A stretch of 63,970 nucleotides of DNA, counting the filler, from Dimargaris cristalligena (taxonomy: Eukaryota), in assembly GCA_003614675.1 (NCBI GenBank). It is 8 parts of 8 records of this genome, joined end to end, with 100 filler letters (N's around TTAATTAATTAA, not from the genome) between each part and the next. Parts side by side here need not be neighbours in the genome. Positions count along the whole stretch, not along the records: positions 16,059 to 23,977 come from ML003374.1; positions 24,078 to 31,985 come from ML003375.1; positions 32,086 to 39,987 come from ML003376.1; 5 more parts are not named here. One strand, written 5' to 3'. Shown here piece after piece: positions 23,877-34,398 of this stretch. The notes beneath the pieces are model-generated. The model searched no databases and was not told the origin of the DNA. It was given only the letters and a program-made list of their open reading frames with translations. The stretch's first letter is position 1. Every line of letters begins with the position of its first letter. Position numbers and translations under genes: made by a program.

Positions 23877-25244
23877 TCACGCGCATCTGTACTGCTGCAT
23901 AGTGCAGGATTAAGGGAAGCTTATTTTTATCAATTTCTTTATCGGTTTTATCAAGACCGGATCATTACTATATATAGNNNNNNNNNNNNNNNNNNNNNNN
24001 NNNNNNNNNNNNNNNNNNNNNTTAATTAATTAANNNNNNNNNNNNNNNNNNNNNNNNNNNNNNNNNNNNNNNNNNNNTAAACAGCTTGCCTTTATTACTA
24101 TTTGTTATTTTCCTTAGTGCTACGATTATGTAATAAACTGCCCTCGTAAATAAAGAATGAATAGTTGAATAAGTGTAGAGTAGCTTCATTAGTAAATGGA
24201 TGACCCGAATTAAAGAACCCTTACTGTATGTAGCGGGCTCTACCAGCCACAGCTCCATCTAGTGGCATTGTGCCCTGCCAGCCCGGGTTCTCCATATATC
24301 TTACTGTATTAACAGGGCGTATAGGGAGGCCATGAGATGGTTTATAGAAACGAATTGGCTTTTATTAAAGGAATGATCCGGGGGCCCAGGGGACTCCAGT
24401 AATTGCAGTAAACCAAGGGTGGGGATTGTATTAGGCCCTTAAGAGGAGTATATATATAAATATAGAAGGTACCTGTCTCACAATATGCCAAGTGGTAATT
24501 GAAAAGGTATCCATCTGCCCTAGTTAGACCGTCCCATAGCCTAAGCCAGACCTGAAAATCACATTGCCATTGGTTTTAGATTTATCTGGTTATTACCGGA
24601 AATAATAATCTTTATTTGTTTTGAATACATGGGTACTGTAATCTACCTCTAGAAATTACTCTGACCAAGTTTCAGATTAATTGGAGTACTTTAAATGCTG
24701 TTTTTACTACCTTAAAGTGAACTTTATGCATGCATGTGTGTTTTCAGCTTTTGCACCCTCTGAAAAAAGGTAAAGAGTGCCGCAATTGCAATTCTAATCA
24801 CGTAGACCCCCCCAAAACCCCCCCTAATAAACCCAAAAAAGTGGTTTTTATTGCCATCAGACTAGTTTTTTTTGTTTTATCAAAATCCCTGTACCTACTG
24901 TGATTCTGATCAATCTTGATATCAATTTGACTATACTTACATGGTTATAGCCTAATTGAGATAATGGGATAGAAATCCATGGTATTGTATATATTTAATG
25001 TATTGGTTCACATTGATCCTAGAAACATCAAATAATGACCCACAAAATGGCTGCAGACCTTTTTCGGCTGAACCGACCTTTTTAACCATGAGAAGGGGGG
25101 TCTGAAGGAGGGGGGGGTATGTATAGGTAACTATATAGGCCCCTCTTCACTGTAGGGCCACCGGGCTGCCTCGGAGGTTGCCTGGGAGGGGAGTGGGTGG
25201 GTGTGCTCACTTGGAGGGGATGGCTTAGGGGGGTCACCAGGGAG

Positions 25245-25312
25245 GAGGGGAGAAGGGTATGGAGGTCCCTATGAGGGGAGAAGGGTATGGAGGTCCCTAT
25301 GAGGGGAGAAGG
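25245..25312. repeat. 28-bp tandem repeat (~2.4 copies)
   Basis: Unit gaggggagaagggtatggaggtccctat repeated. Confidence 0.8.
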
Positions 25313-25606
25313 CCTAGGGAGGTCAGTTGGGAGGGGGCAGCCTGGGGAGGTTGTTAGGGAAGGGGATGGCCTGGGGGCCTTAAGCCTAAGCCTGGTGAGG
25401 CTACAATACATGGACCCGGGTATGTCCTTAAACTGCCTTCCTGATGGGCTGGGATGCCCTTAGGGAGAGCTTGAGGCAGCAAGCTAAGCAGTGGCCATTG
25501 AGCTAGTCACTCATTAGGCCACAGCCTAGGGGGGGGATACACACTCCTACCCCCAAGCCAAGGGCCCTGTAGGGCATGAAGAGAGATAGCTGAGGCAGCA
25601 GCTAGT

Positions 25607-26400
25607 TAGGTGGTCTTGGTATAGTAGTGGAGTACTGCCTGAAGTACTATAGTCTTGGAAGGGGGGGATGCATACCCTCTAACCATGTGCTATAGTACTC
25701 CAGGTAGTAGTCCACCTATACTGGGGCTACTTACATAGTAGAGAGGAAGGGATATAGTGTAGGTGGTCTTGGTATAGTAGTGGAGTACTGCCTGGAGTAC
25801 TATAGTTTTGGGAGGGGGGGATGCATACCCTCTAACCATGTACTATAGTAATCCAGGTAGTAGTCTACCTATACTGGGGCTACTTACATAGTAGAGAGGA
25901 AGGGAGATAGTGTAGGTGGTCTTGGTATAGTAGTAGAGTACTGCCTGGAGTAGTATAGTCTTGGGAGGGGGGGATGCATACCCTCTAACCATGTGCTATA
26001 GTACTCTGGGATAGTAGTCTACCTATTCTAGGTCCATTTGCATAGTAGAGAGGAAATATAGTGTGGGGGGTATTAGTATAGTAGGGAATTGCTACTTAGT
26101 AGACCATGACAATGGGAGGGGGGGATGCATACCCTCTAACCATGTGCCGTAGTATACTGAGATAGTAATTCTCTTATACTAGTGCCACCTATATAGTATG
26201 AAGTAAGGGATATTGTTAGGCTCTGAGCTGGTCACTCAGTAGGCTAAATAGATGGGGAGATAGGTGGACTCTCCTCACTATTGCTAGACTACTATGTAGT
26301 AGCAGTCTAGTATAAGGGCAATTGCCAAGTAGGGCAGTTGGTGAGATGGTAAAGTACAACTTAGGGAGGGGGGGATGCATACCCTCTTTCCTATGGCTAG
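25607..26400. repeat. 153-bp tandem repeat: three well-conserved copies plus diverged and partial copies
   Basis: Anchor gatgcataccctct at 25667, 25820, 25973, 26124 and 26374. Confidence 0.88.
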
Positions 26401-27239
26401 GTCAACTATGAGACTACAGCAGTATTTTGTAAAGACATAACCTAGTATGAGCCCTCTCAGTAGGTAGGGGGGCTCTGTAGTATAGATGGTGAATGTGGGG
26501 TCTTTGATAGTAGTAATAATAGAGCCAATAGATTTGGGACACATAGTGGTGGTGGCTGTGAACCCATAGTTAGTAGTGGTGGTAAAGGGCTCAGTGTAAT
26601 TGGAAGTATTGGTTTTAATACTACAGGGAAGGGCAGCTGTGGCTGCAGTTACAGCAGTTATAGTAGATGAAGGATATTTAGTATGGATAGATAGTAGGAT
26701 GAGTATAATAATAGAACAAAATGGAGAAGTAGGGGTAAATATAGTGGGCTAATGATTTAAGGCCATGGTTATAGTAGAGGCTGGAATAAGGGCAGATACC
26801 AGGTAATAGTTAGTAATATTATGAGAGGATACACAATATATGAAGGCAAACCTAGTAAAGTATTTAAAGAGAATGGGGGACTAGGTGGATTTTATAGTTA
26901 TCCGTATAGACCCACTTAGAAGATGGTTCTCTATTATGGGCTTTCCTTTGAATTTTCAATGGCTAATAAAGGGAGAAGATCATCCCAAAGGCTTCTGCAA
27001 ATTATAATTTTATACTAAATATAATATTTACTAAAGTTAGGGAATGGGAAATTGTTTATATATGTATATAGTGAGGGGAAGTAAGAAGGCTATCAGTTGA
27101 AAGAGAGTAAAGACTAGAAGGAAGGAATGGGGATGGTACCCCTTCTTTGGCATAGCCTACTCTTTTGGTGGACTAGTACTGCCTTAATACCCAGGTGCTC
27201 GCTAGTCCCCCAGTGTGGCTATAAAAGGTATATATAGTT

Positions 27240-27913
27240 CAGAACACTTACTAACCCCTATGCCTTTATGTGTATTGCTATACTATATATTTCCCCTAAC
27301 TATAGAATCTGAAGCTAATATTACTTTAACAAGGTAGGTATCTATAGCTATACAATTTCTCCATGACAGTCTGATACATGGTTCAGAATAGTTACTAACT
27401 AACTAACCCTCTATATATTTTCCCTCTCAATAGAATCCCGAGCCACCAACCCTTTACTAAAGTAGGTACTTATAATTATAGGCTGTTACCATGACAGCCT
27501 GGTAGGTTATTGTGAATAGCTACTAACTCCTAACTCTCAATGTCTATTGCTTTAATGTACATTTTCCCTCTCTATAGATTCCCAAGCCAGCAGCCCTTTT
27601 ACCAAGGCAAGTTATTATAATTATAGACTATTATTATAATTACCTGTTATTACTATAACTATATGTACTAATGGGTTTGGATTAGACTAGCCTATTTAAC
27701 TGAATTTTACCCTTATTTTACCTTGTCCCTTAATAGAGTTACCCACCAGCACCATTTAACCAAGGTGAGTATCCATAGCTATTGGCTTGCTTGATTATGG
27801 AAATGACTATTACTATAAAATAGACTGTTATCACACTAGAATAGTATAGTATTAGTCAAGTGAGTTAGTTAATATTCTCTAATACTATACTTACCTGTAT
27901 TCCCTTTTTATAG
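27240..27913 (+). other. Array of four micro-exon-like units (27306-27333, 27434-27461, 27578-27606, 27737-27764) upstream of LINE ORF1
   Basis: Each is preceded by a pyrimidine tract and TAG (TACTAAC at ~27249, 27393 and 27521) and followed by GTAGGT, GCAAGT or GTGAGT. The final TAG abuts ATG 27914. Confidence 0.6.
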
Positions 27914-29764
27914 ATGTCCAAGTCCAACAACCCTTCCAAGTCCACCAAAAAGGCCAGTGGCAAGCCCAAGACCATGTCAGAGGCTGAGTTCATTAAGCTG
28001 ACCCTCATTAAGGCCTGGGTCATGGAAAACAAGCCTACTATCATGTGCCTGAGATGTAATATTATGGGGCATATTACTAACCATGGCGGCAAACGGTTTA
28101 ACTGCACCAGCTGCAACCAGCGCTACCGCAAGGTTGACCTGTGTGCTAGTCGTAATCCAGAGTTATTTCTGGAGCTGGAGGCCAAGTACCCAGATCCCAA
28201 AGGTACCACCAGACAAGCTCCCCCTGCCCAGCCTGCCCCTTTGTTTGCCTTGTCCACAGCAACCAGTCTTGGGGAAGCCCATACTATGGAGGCAGCTTCT
28301 ACCAGGACTGTGTCTACTGAAGTTGTTACCCCTGCCACCCAGTCCCCTGAGCCTCCCACCATGACCACCTCCATTACCCAGGGCAAGCGTCCCCACCTGG
28401 CCTCTCCTGTGCATGCTAGCAAGAGGCATTGTTCCATGCTCAGTCGTCCAGCCATTCCCAACAAGGCAACTTATGCAGAGGTAGTTAGACGTCTGGGGCT
28501 AAAGGGCAAGGACCAGCAGAAGTGTGGCCTATTGGCCTTGCAAAAGCTGCATGCCAAACCCAAGCCTCCCCAGTTTGTCTATGTCCGTGGCATCTCCCGC
28601 ATGCGAATCCGGGAACTCAAGGATATCTTCCGCTCCTTAGGGTTCTACTTACCATCCATTCTCAACATCAGCTTCCTGGGGACTGAGACAGTTGAGTTCC
28701 TGGTGGCTGCATCCTATGCAGTTGTCTTCAAGGGCAAGATTAAGGATGTGGAGCTCACTCTGCAGCCCAACTTTAGCACTGCTGGTACTATGGACCCTGA
28801 TGCCTCCCCGGCCATGAGGGATAGGGTCCAGAAGGCCTTTGTCAAACGGGCCCACAAGATCATTGCTGGCACTAGAAATCCCCTTGTGGCCCAGACCTTT
28901 AGGGATATTCTGGTTAAGAAGAAGCTCTACCACTTCACAGCTCCCCCCCTCCTCTCAGCCCAGGCCATCCCCGCAGCCAGCACCACTGGTCAACCCCCCA
29001 TGTTGTCTGTGGCTATAGCCCAACCAGTCAGTGTGCCTCCCCCCACTCTCTTGCAGCCCCACCAGGACACAGGCATCCCACTGCAGTGTAGTGTGCATAC
29101 CATGTCCCCCTGTGCTTGTAGCCTGCCATCCAATCTACCCAGTGTCCCCCTTGACACTATCCATGAGCCCGAGCTGTCCATGGATATCCCTGGCAGTCCC
29201 TCCAACTCCCCTGGCTCCCCCAGTCCCTACTTTGAGTCCACCAGAGGCCACTCTGAGCCCCCTCACTGGCAAGAACAGGTCATTAGCCCCCTCTGTGGAT
29301 CTGACTCAACCTCAGATATAGCCAGCTCAGATAATTTTATCATGGACTACCTTGCCAACTCCTGCCCTCTCCCAACTCACCAGGCCCAGTTAACCCAGCC
29401 ATCAAGTCCCCCTCTCCCCTGGGGTGATGCTGAGTTGCCCTCAGCTGACTATGATAATTACATGGGTGAGGTGATGGCTACTCCCTCCCCTTTGGTAGCC
29501 CCGGCAAGTCTGACCCAACAGCCAGCTGTACCTGAGCAGGTGTGGCGTATCTGGGATAAGACTAACCATGTTTTTGTCCACCACACTATGAAAGATGTTG
29601 AGATGTGTCATAATGTTTTACAGTATTCCAACCCTCTTAATGGCCAGCCTGTTCCCACTCTTTCTAAACTAATGGCTAATCTAGATAGGCAGGAGACTCA
29701 GGGTGAGATTGAGTATATTAGGTGGATTTGTAGTCAACAAGATGCCCCCCAGTCTCCCCAATGA
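27914..29764 (+). CDS. Non-LTR retrotransposon ORF1
   Basis: 616-aa ORF with CxxC...CxxC and an RRM-like segment (FVYVRGI...), directly upstream of and overlapping the APE-RT ORF. Confidence 0.75.
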   Translation: MSKSNNPSKSTKKASGKPKTMSEAEFIKLTLIKAWVMENKPTIMCLRCNIMGHITNHGGKRFNCTSCNQRYRKVDLCASRNPELFLELEAKYPDPKGTTRQAPPAQPAPLFALSTATSLGEAHTMEAASTRTVSTEVVTPATQSPEPPTMTTSITQGKRPHLASPVHASKRHCSMLSRPAIPNKATYAEVVRRLGLKGKDQQKCGLLALQKLHAKPKPPQFVYVRGISRMRIRELKDIFRSLGFYLPSILNISFLGTETVEFLVAASYAVVFKGKIKDVELTLQPNFSTAGTMDPDASPAMRDRVQKAFVKRAHKIIAGTRNPLVAQTFRDILVKKKLYHFTAPPLLSAQAIPAASTTGQPPMLSVAIAQPVSVPPPTLLQPHQDTGIPLQCSVHTMSPCACSLPSNLPSVPLDTIHEPELSMDIPGSPSNSPGSPSPYFESTRGHSEPPHWQEQVISPLCGSDSTSDIASSDNFIMDYLANSCPLPTHQAQLTQPSSPPLPWGDAELPSADYDNYMGEVMATPSPLVAPASLTQQPAVPEQVWRIWDKTNHVFVHHTMKDVEMCHNVLQYSNPLNGQPVPTLSKLMANLDRQETQGEIEYIRWICSQQDAPQSPQ

Positions 29765-31985
29765 TTCCGTCTACTTTGTCCCTTGCTTACTTTAATGCCC
29801 GTGGTCTTCCCTACTACCAACTTGAGGCCTTTATCCAGTACTACCCAACCCGGTACCATATTATTTTTTTTGCTGAAACCTGGCACTGTGACCGTGAGGC
29901 TGTCCTTCAACACCCCTGGACAGTCTGTTATCCTACTTATGATCCTTCTTCTGTCCCTACCATTGGCCGACTCCCCCATGGTATTCTTTGTATTGCACCT
30001 CCCTCCTTTCATTCTCATATTCAAATCCTGGCTTTTACACCCTTTACCATCTCTGCCCTTGTTTTTGGCCAGCCCATCCATGCTGTATATTTCCCTCCCT
30101 CCATGTCAACTGAGAAGGTGCAGTCTCTATTAGCTATGCCCAGGGGCTGCACCTGCTTACTGGGGGACCTTAATGTTTCAATAAAGCCTTCCAAGTCTGG
30201 CTGGGCTCCCCCTGCCCGTGCTGAAGTGCTCTCAGCTGCCCTGTCCCGTGAACACTTACGTTGGAAGGCCCCTCCCCCTTCCCCAATCTACCATCTTGAC
30301 CATGCCTTTATCCAGGCTGAGCTCGTAGGCCAGGCCCGGGTACACCTTGAGCAGTGCCTAGTCTCCTCTGACCACCCCCTCCTCAGTGTCCAACTCCCTA
30401 CCAAGTCCCCCATATCCCAACCACCTGGCTCTCTCCGGTTCCACATTCACCGTCTCCAACAACCAGTCTACCAACAGGAATTTCAGGCAGCGTACAAGGT
30501 CCTGTGTCCCACCATCTCTGAGGTGATACAGAAGGCCCACCAGGCTATTAAACACAGTGGTCTTGTGACCTTGTCTGAGATTATTGACTTCTTAGACTCT
30601 GTCATTATTGAGGCTATTCTGGCTGCTGCTTCTAGTAGTATTGGGGAGTATGATGCTGGCAAGGTGAGATCCCAGCCTGATCAGTCTATTAAGCACATGG
30701 TCAAGGCAGGGACTGCTGTGGATGCCATCCGGCTGATGAAGTCCCAGCAGCGGGGTATTGCCCAGGCCCCTCTTGCATCCCGGAGTGATATGTCTATTGT
30801 GGATGATGTGCTGGCCTTTTTCACAGAGATGTTTGCTACTCCCACTGCACTGGCCTTCCCCAATAATCTCTACCTAACTGGTACTAATCCACTGGGAATT
30901 CATGTCACGGCTAAGCTCATCCGGCAGCTGGTCCAGCAGTACCCCAAGCACAAGGCCTGTGGTGGTGATGCTATTCATACCCGAATGCTGTATACTTTGT
31001 TGAAGGGACCATTCCCCCACCACCTGGCTGACTTGTTCAACCTCTGCCTCAAGACTGGCTATACCCCTACTAGGTGGAATGAGTCAGTTATTAATCCAAT
31101 TGCCAAAAACCCCCAGGCCAAGCAGATCCATGAGTTCCGGCCCATTGCCCTGACTGTCATCTTTCGGCGGTTGTTTGAGAAGCTTCTCCTCCCAGCTCTT
31201 AAGAATCTTCCCCTGTCCAAGTTCCAGGCTGGTTTCCGGGACAGACAGAGCACTCTGGGCCATGTGTTAGTCTCCCATGACACAGCCCGTGAACCACTTT
31301 ACCATGCCTACTTAGACCTCAAGGCGGCATATGACACAGTACCTATTGAGGGAATGTTATCCAAGTTGGCTGGTAAGGGCTGTCCAAGTGGCCTATACTC
31401 TCTGGTGGTGTCTCTCTTTACCAACTGCCAGTCCCGGGTGGTAGTGAATGGTCAGCTGACACCCTCTATTAATAGGCATCGGGGCCTATTTCAAGGCTCT
31501 CTACTCTCCCCTATTCTTTTTAATATCTTTATTGATGACTTATCAGATGGTCTCCCTATACCTAGTAGGACAGGTGTCCCTCCTATACTGATGTTTGCGG
31601 ATGACTTGAAGCTGCAGTACTCATCAGCTGAACAACTCTCTGCTACTCTAGATAGCTGCCACAAGTGGGCTGAGGCTAACGGAATGCAGTTTAATCCAGC
31701 CAAGTGTGGTGTCCAGTTTCCTAAGGGGGAACCGGATCCGGAGCTCTCTTTGGGCCCAGTGGTATTACCTATTACTCCTACTTACAAGTACCTGGGCTTC
31801 CCCCATACTGGCCAGGGAGTAGACTGGGCTGCTCACCTTCAGAGTAATTTGGCCAAGGCTCAGGCAACCTTTAGGGCCATTAGGTACTCATCCATCCACT
31901 GGGGTCCTGTTATCCGGCTACATGTTCTGAAGCTGATTATTATGCCCCAGTTGGAGTATGGGTTACATTTAGTCATGTATGCCAG
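29761..31985 (+). CDS. Non-LTR retrotransposon ORF2 (APE endonuclease plus reverse transcriptase), 3'-truncated at the contig end
   Basis: APE motifs FNARGL, AETW, GDLN, LDH, SDH; RT motifs KACGGD, FRPIAL, QAGFR, LDLKAAYD, GLFQGSLLSP, FADD, YKYLG. Confidence 0.95.
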
Positions 31986-34398
31986 NNNNNNNNNNNNNNN
32001 NNNNNNNNNNNNNNNNNNNNNNNNNNNNNTTAATTAATTAANNNNNNNNNNNNNNNNNNNNNNNNNNNNNNNNNNNNNNNNNNNNATTGGCTAGGGCTAA
32101 AGTTATACCCATTGGTATAACAAAAACAAAGGTATAAAAGATATAAATGAACTTATAATAGGTTAAAGGAATAGCTGATACTTGTTAATAGAGTACAGCA
32201 AGGGTATAAATGTAATACTCAGAAAAATAATCCAATTAGAAATAAATGTATAATCATTGTATAACCATAACAACTTATAAAAGAGGAAAAATAAATAAGA
32301 CAATGGCAAATACTACTATAGCTGTTTGGCTATATCATAACAAAATGTGTTATGCAACAGCAGGAGAATAATTAAAATAAAAGTTTAAACAGTAATGAAC
32401 ATCTAGTAAAAATCGGCAAAAGAATCAGTTATCTCAAGGGCAAGAAATAGGGTATCAAAGTCTGGTTTATTAAAGATAGGTGATTACCCATTATTTATGT
32501 CAGGAAATAAATCAGGGGGTTAGGGTATTCAGTGGTGGCAGAAAGCAGTAGTTGGTCTTAAAACCATTGTTGGGATAACTACTGGTGGTCCTGGGTCACT
32601 TGATGTGGTTGGCTGGGAAAGTTGGGGATGTCAGTGGTGTCACTGGTTTTGATTGAGTTCTGAACAAGTTTGTTCTAATAAACTCGGTGGCTTAGTTGCT
32701 GGGGACATCATGGGAATATTCAGTACTTGCGGGTTGGGGATTCTTGCAGGAAGACTGGGGGAATCACTGGACCAGTCCTGAGGACGTCCTGGTGACCTGG
32801 GCCTGGGAATAGATGCCACTAAAGTTTGTGGTTCTTGGGGAGGCAGCACAACACCAGTGTTGTGGTGTGGCAGAGTGAGTATAATAGAAATAGCAATAAT
32901 AGGTGTGAATACCTTACAATTAAATTTAAAGATGTAGTAAAGTCAAACCTTAAGAATAACGAAGACAACTGTAGGTAAAACTGCCAGTACAGTTCAGAAG
33001 AATGAAAATAGAGATGCTTTATTAAGAGCTGTGATTCCTGAAGGTATTTATACTTATGAAGTGGTTGAAGTCCAACCTTACATAGTATTACTACTTGAAT
33101 TGATTAATAATAATGAGTTTACAAATATATCTGGCTAATAATGATATCAAATATAAATGTGAGTAGTATTTGATGTATCTCTCACTTGCTATGATATTGC
33201 CAGGCTATAAAATAATAAATCAGAACTTCACTGATAAAAGGATATAAAAATAGAATGCAATTAATAGGGGAATACTGTGGTTTACTATGAATGACTGTGG
33301 TCTCAGGTCCTACCACAATAGAAAAAATTTAAATCATATTATTTTTATTAGCTATTAATAAAAGTGACAGGAGGGCCATAGTTTAATTAGTTAGTTGGGA
33401 ACTAGAATATGTCCTAAAATTGGATATAATGGCCAGACTAACTACCCGCTCTAACCCAGCAAACCTGAGTGGTATTGACAGGTTGCTCGCTTATAATATG
33501 GGAGAGGTGCAGGGCAGCTACGCAATAAATGAAATCTGCTTGAATAGGTTGGGCTTATCAATTTAATATAATGCTCCGGTTTGTTGTATCCTTTTTAAAT
33601 CCCGTTTATAATCCTAACCATACCACACACGGGAATGAAGGAGCAATTACCATTGGAGGCTATCAATACTCACACCAGCAGGCTATATTTGAATCACTCA
33701 AAGGTTCAGGAGGATATTGTTACTCTCTGCTGCCCATTAATCAAATCCTTCGAATTGGACAACTATTTAAATAGCTGTATATCCCTGCACGAATTTATTT
33801 TAATTTTAGGACCGGAAAAGATGAGCTAGTATCCCCTCTACATTATATGCCTAGCTTATTCTTAATCCGCTAGTTATGGCCATCACCTTCATACCACATA
33901 GTGATCAATCAGGTAAAAATAAAAATGTAGTAGGCTTCCCATGCCTTTAATTCGGTAGGTGCTACAACTGTTCAGGTCAACCAGCCTGTATACTCCAAAA
34001 ATTCGAATTATTCGGTAAGTTGGCCTAACTATCGGCTATATGGAGGATAGTTTGTGAATGTGTGGACTGCACTGAGCAGGCCCTGTGAATGGATAAACAC
34101 CAGACTGCTGCCAAAGGGGAGTGGGATTGTGTAAAAGGGTCGAGACTAGGCAGAAAAACAACTATAAACGACCTACAGTTAGCAGAAGTACAGCTACCGC
34201 AGCTCTGTATCAAAAATGGGAGGGTTTGGACCCTGGGTCAAAAAGTGCAATGCACTTAGTCAAGATAAAGCACAATTCGGTATATTATAAGAACCCCGCA
34301 TTCATGCATTGGCCTATATCCACGCCCATGCTGACATCCAAGCCAACACCTGACCCCCCTCCGTCTTACTTGCATGTACACACGAACAGGTGACGCTT

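Larger units (their letters stand above)
17553..23908 (-). mobile_element. TIR-bounded, RT-less integrase element (Ginger-like or virus-like) with cargo genes
   Basis: Left end cctgcactctgcagcaccacag (17553-17574) vs reverse complement of 23887-23908 cctgcactatgcagcagtacag: 19/22 identical, with inner TG...CA ends. Encloses a dUTPase-integrase and intronless ORFs. Confidence 0.7.

Noticed and set aside
25607-27913. CRISPR-like reading of the periodic repeats
   Set aside because: Whole units are homologous with no unique spacers, there are no cas genes, and the context is eukaryotic
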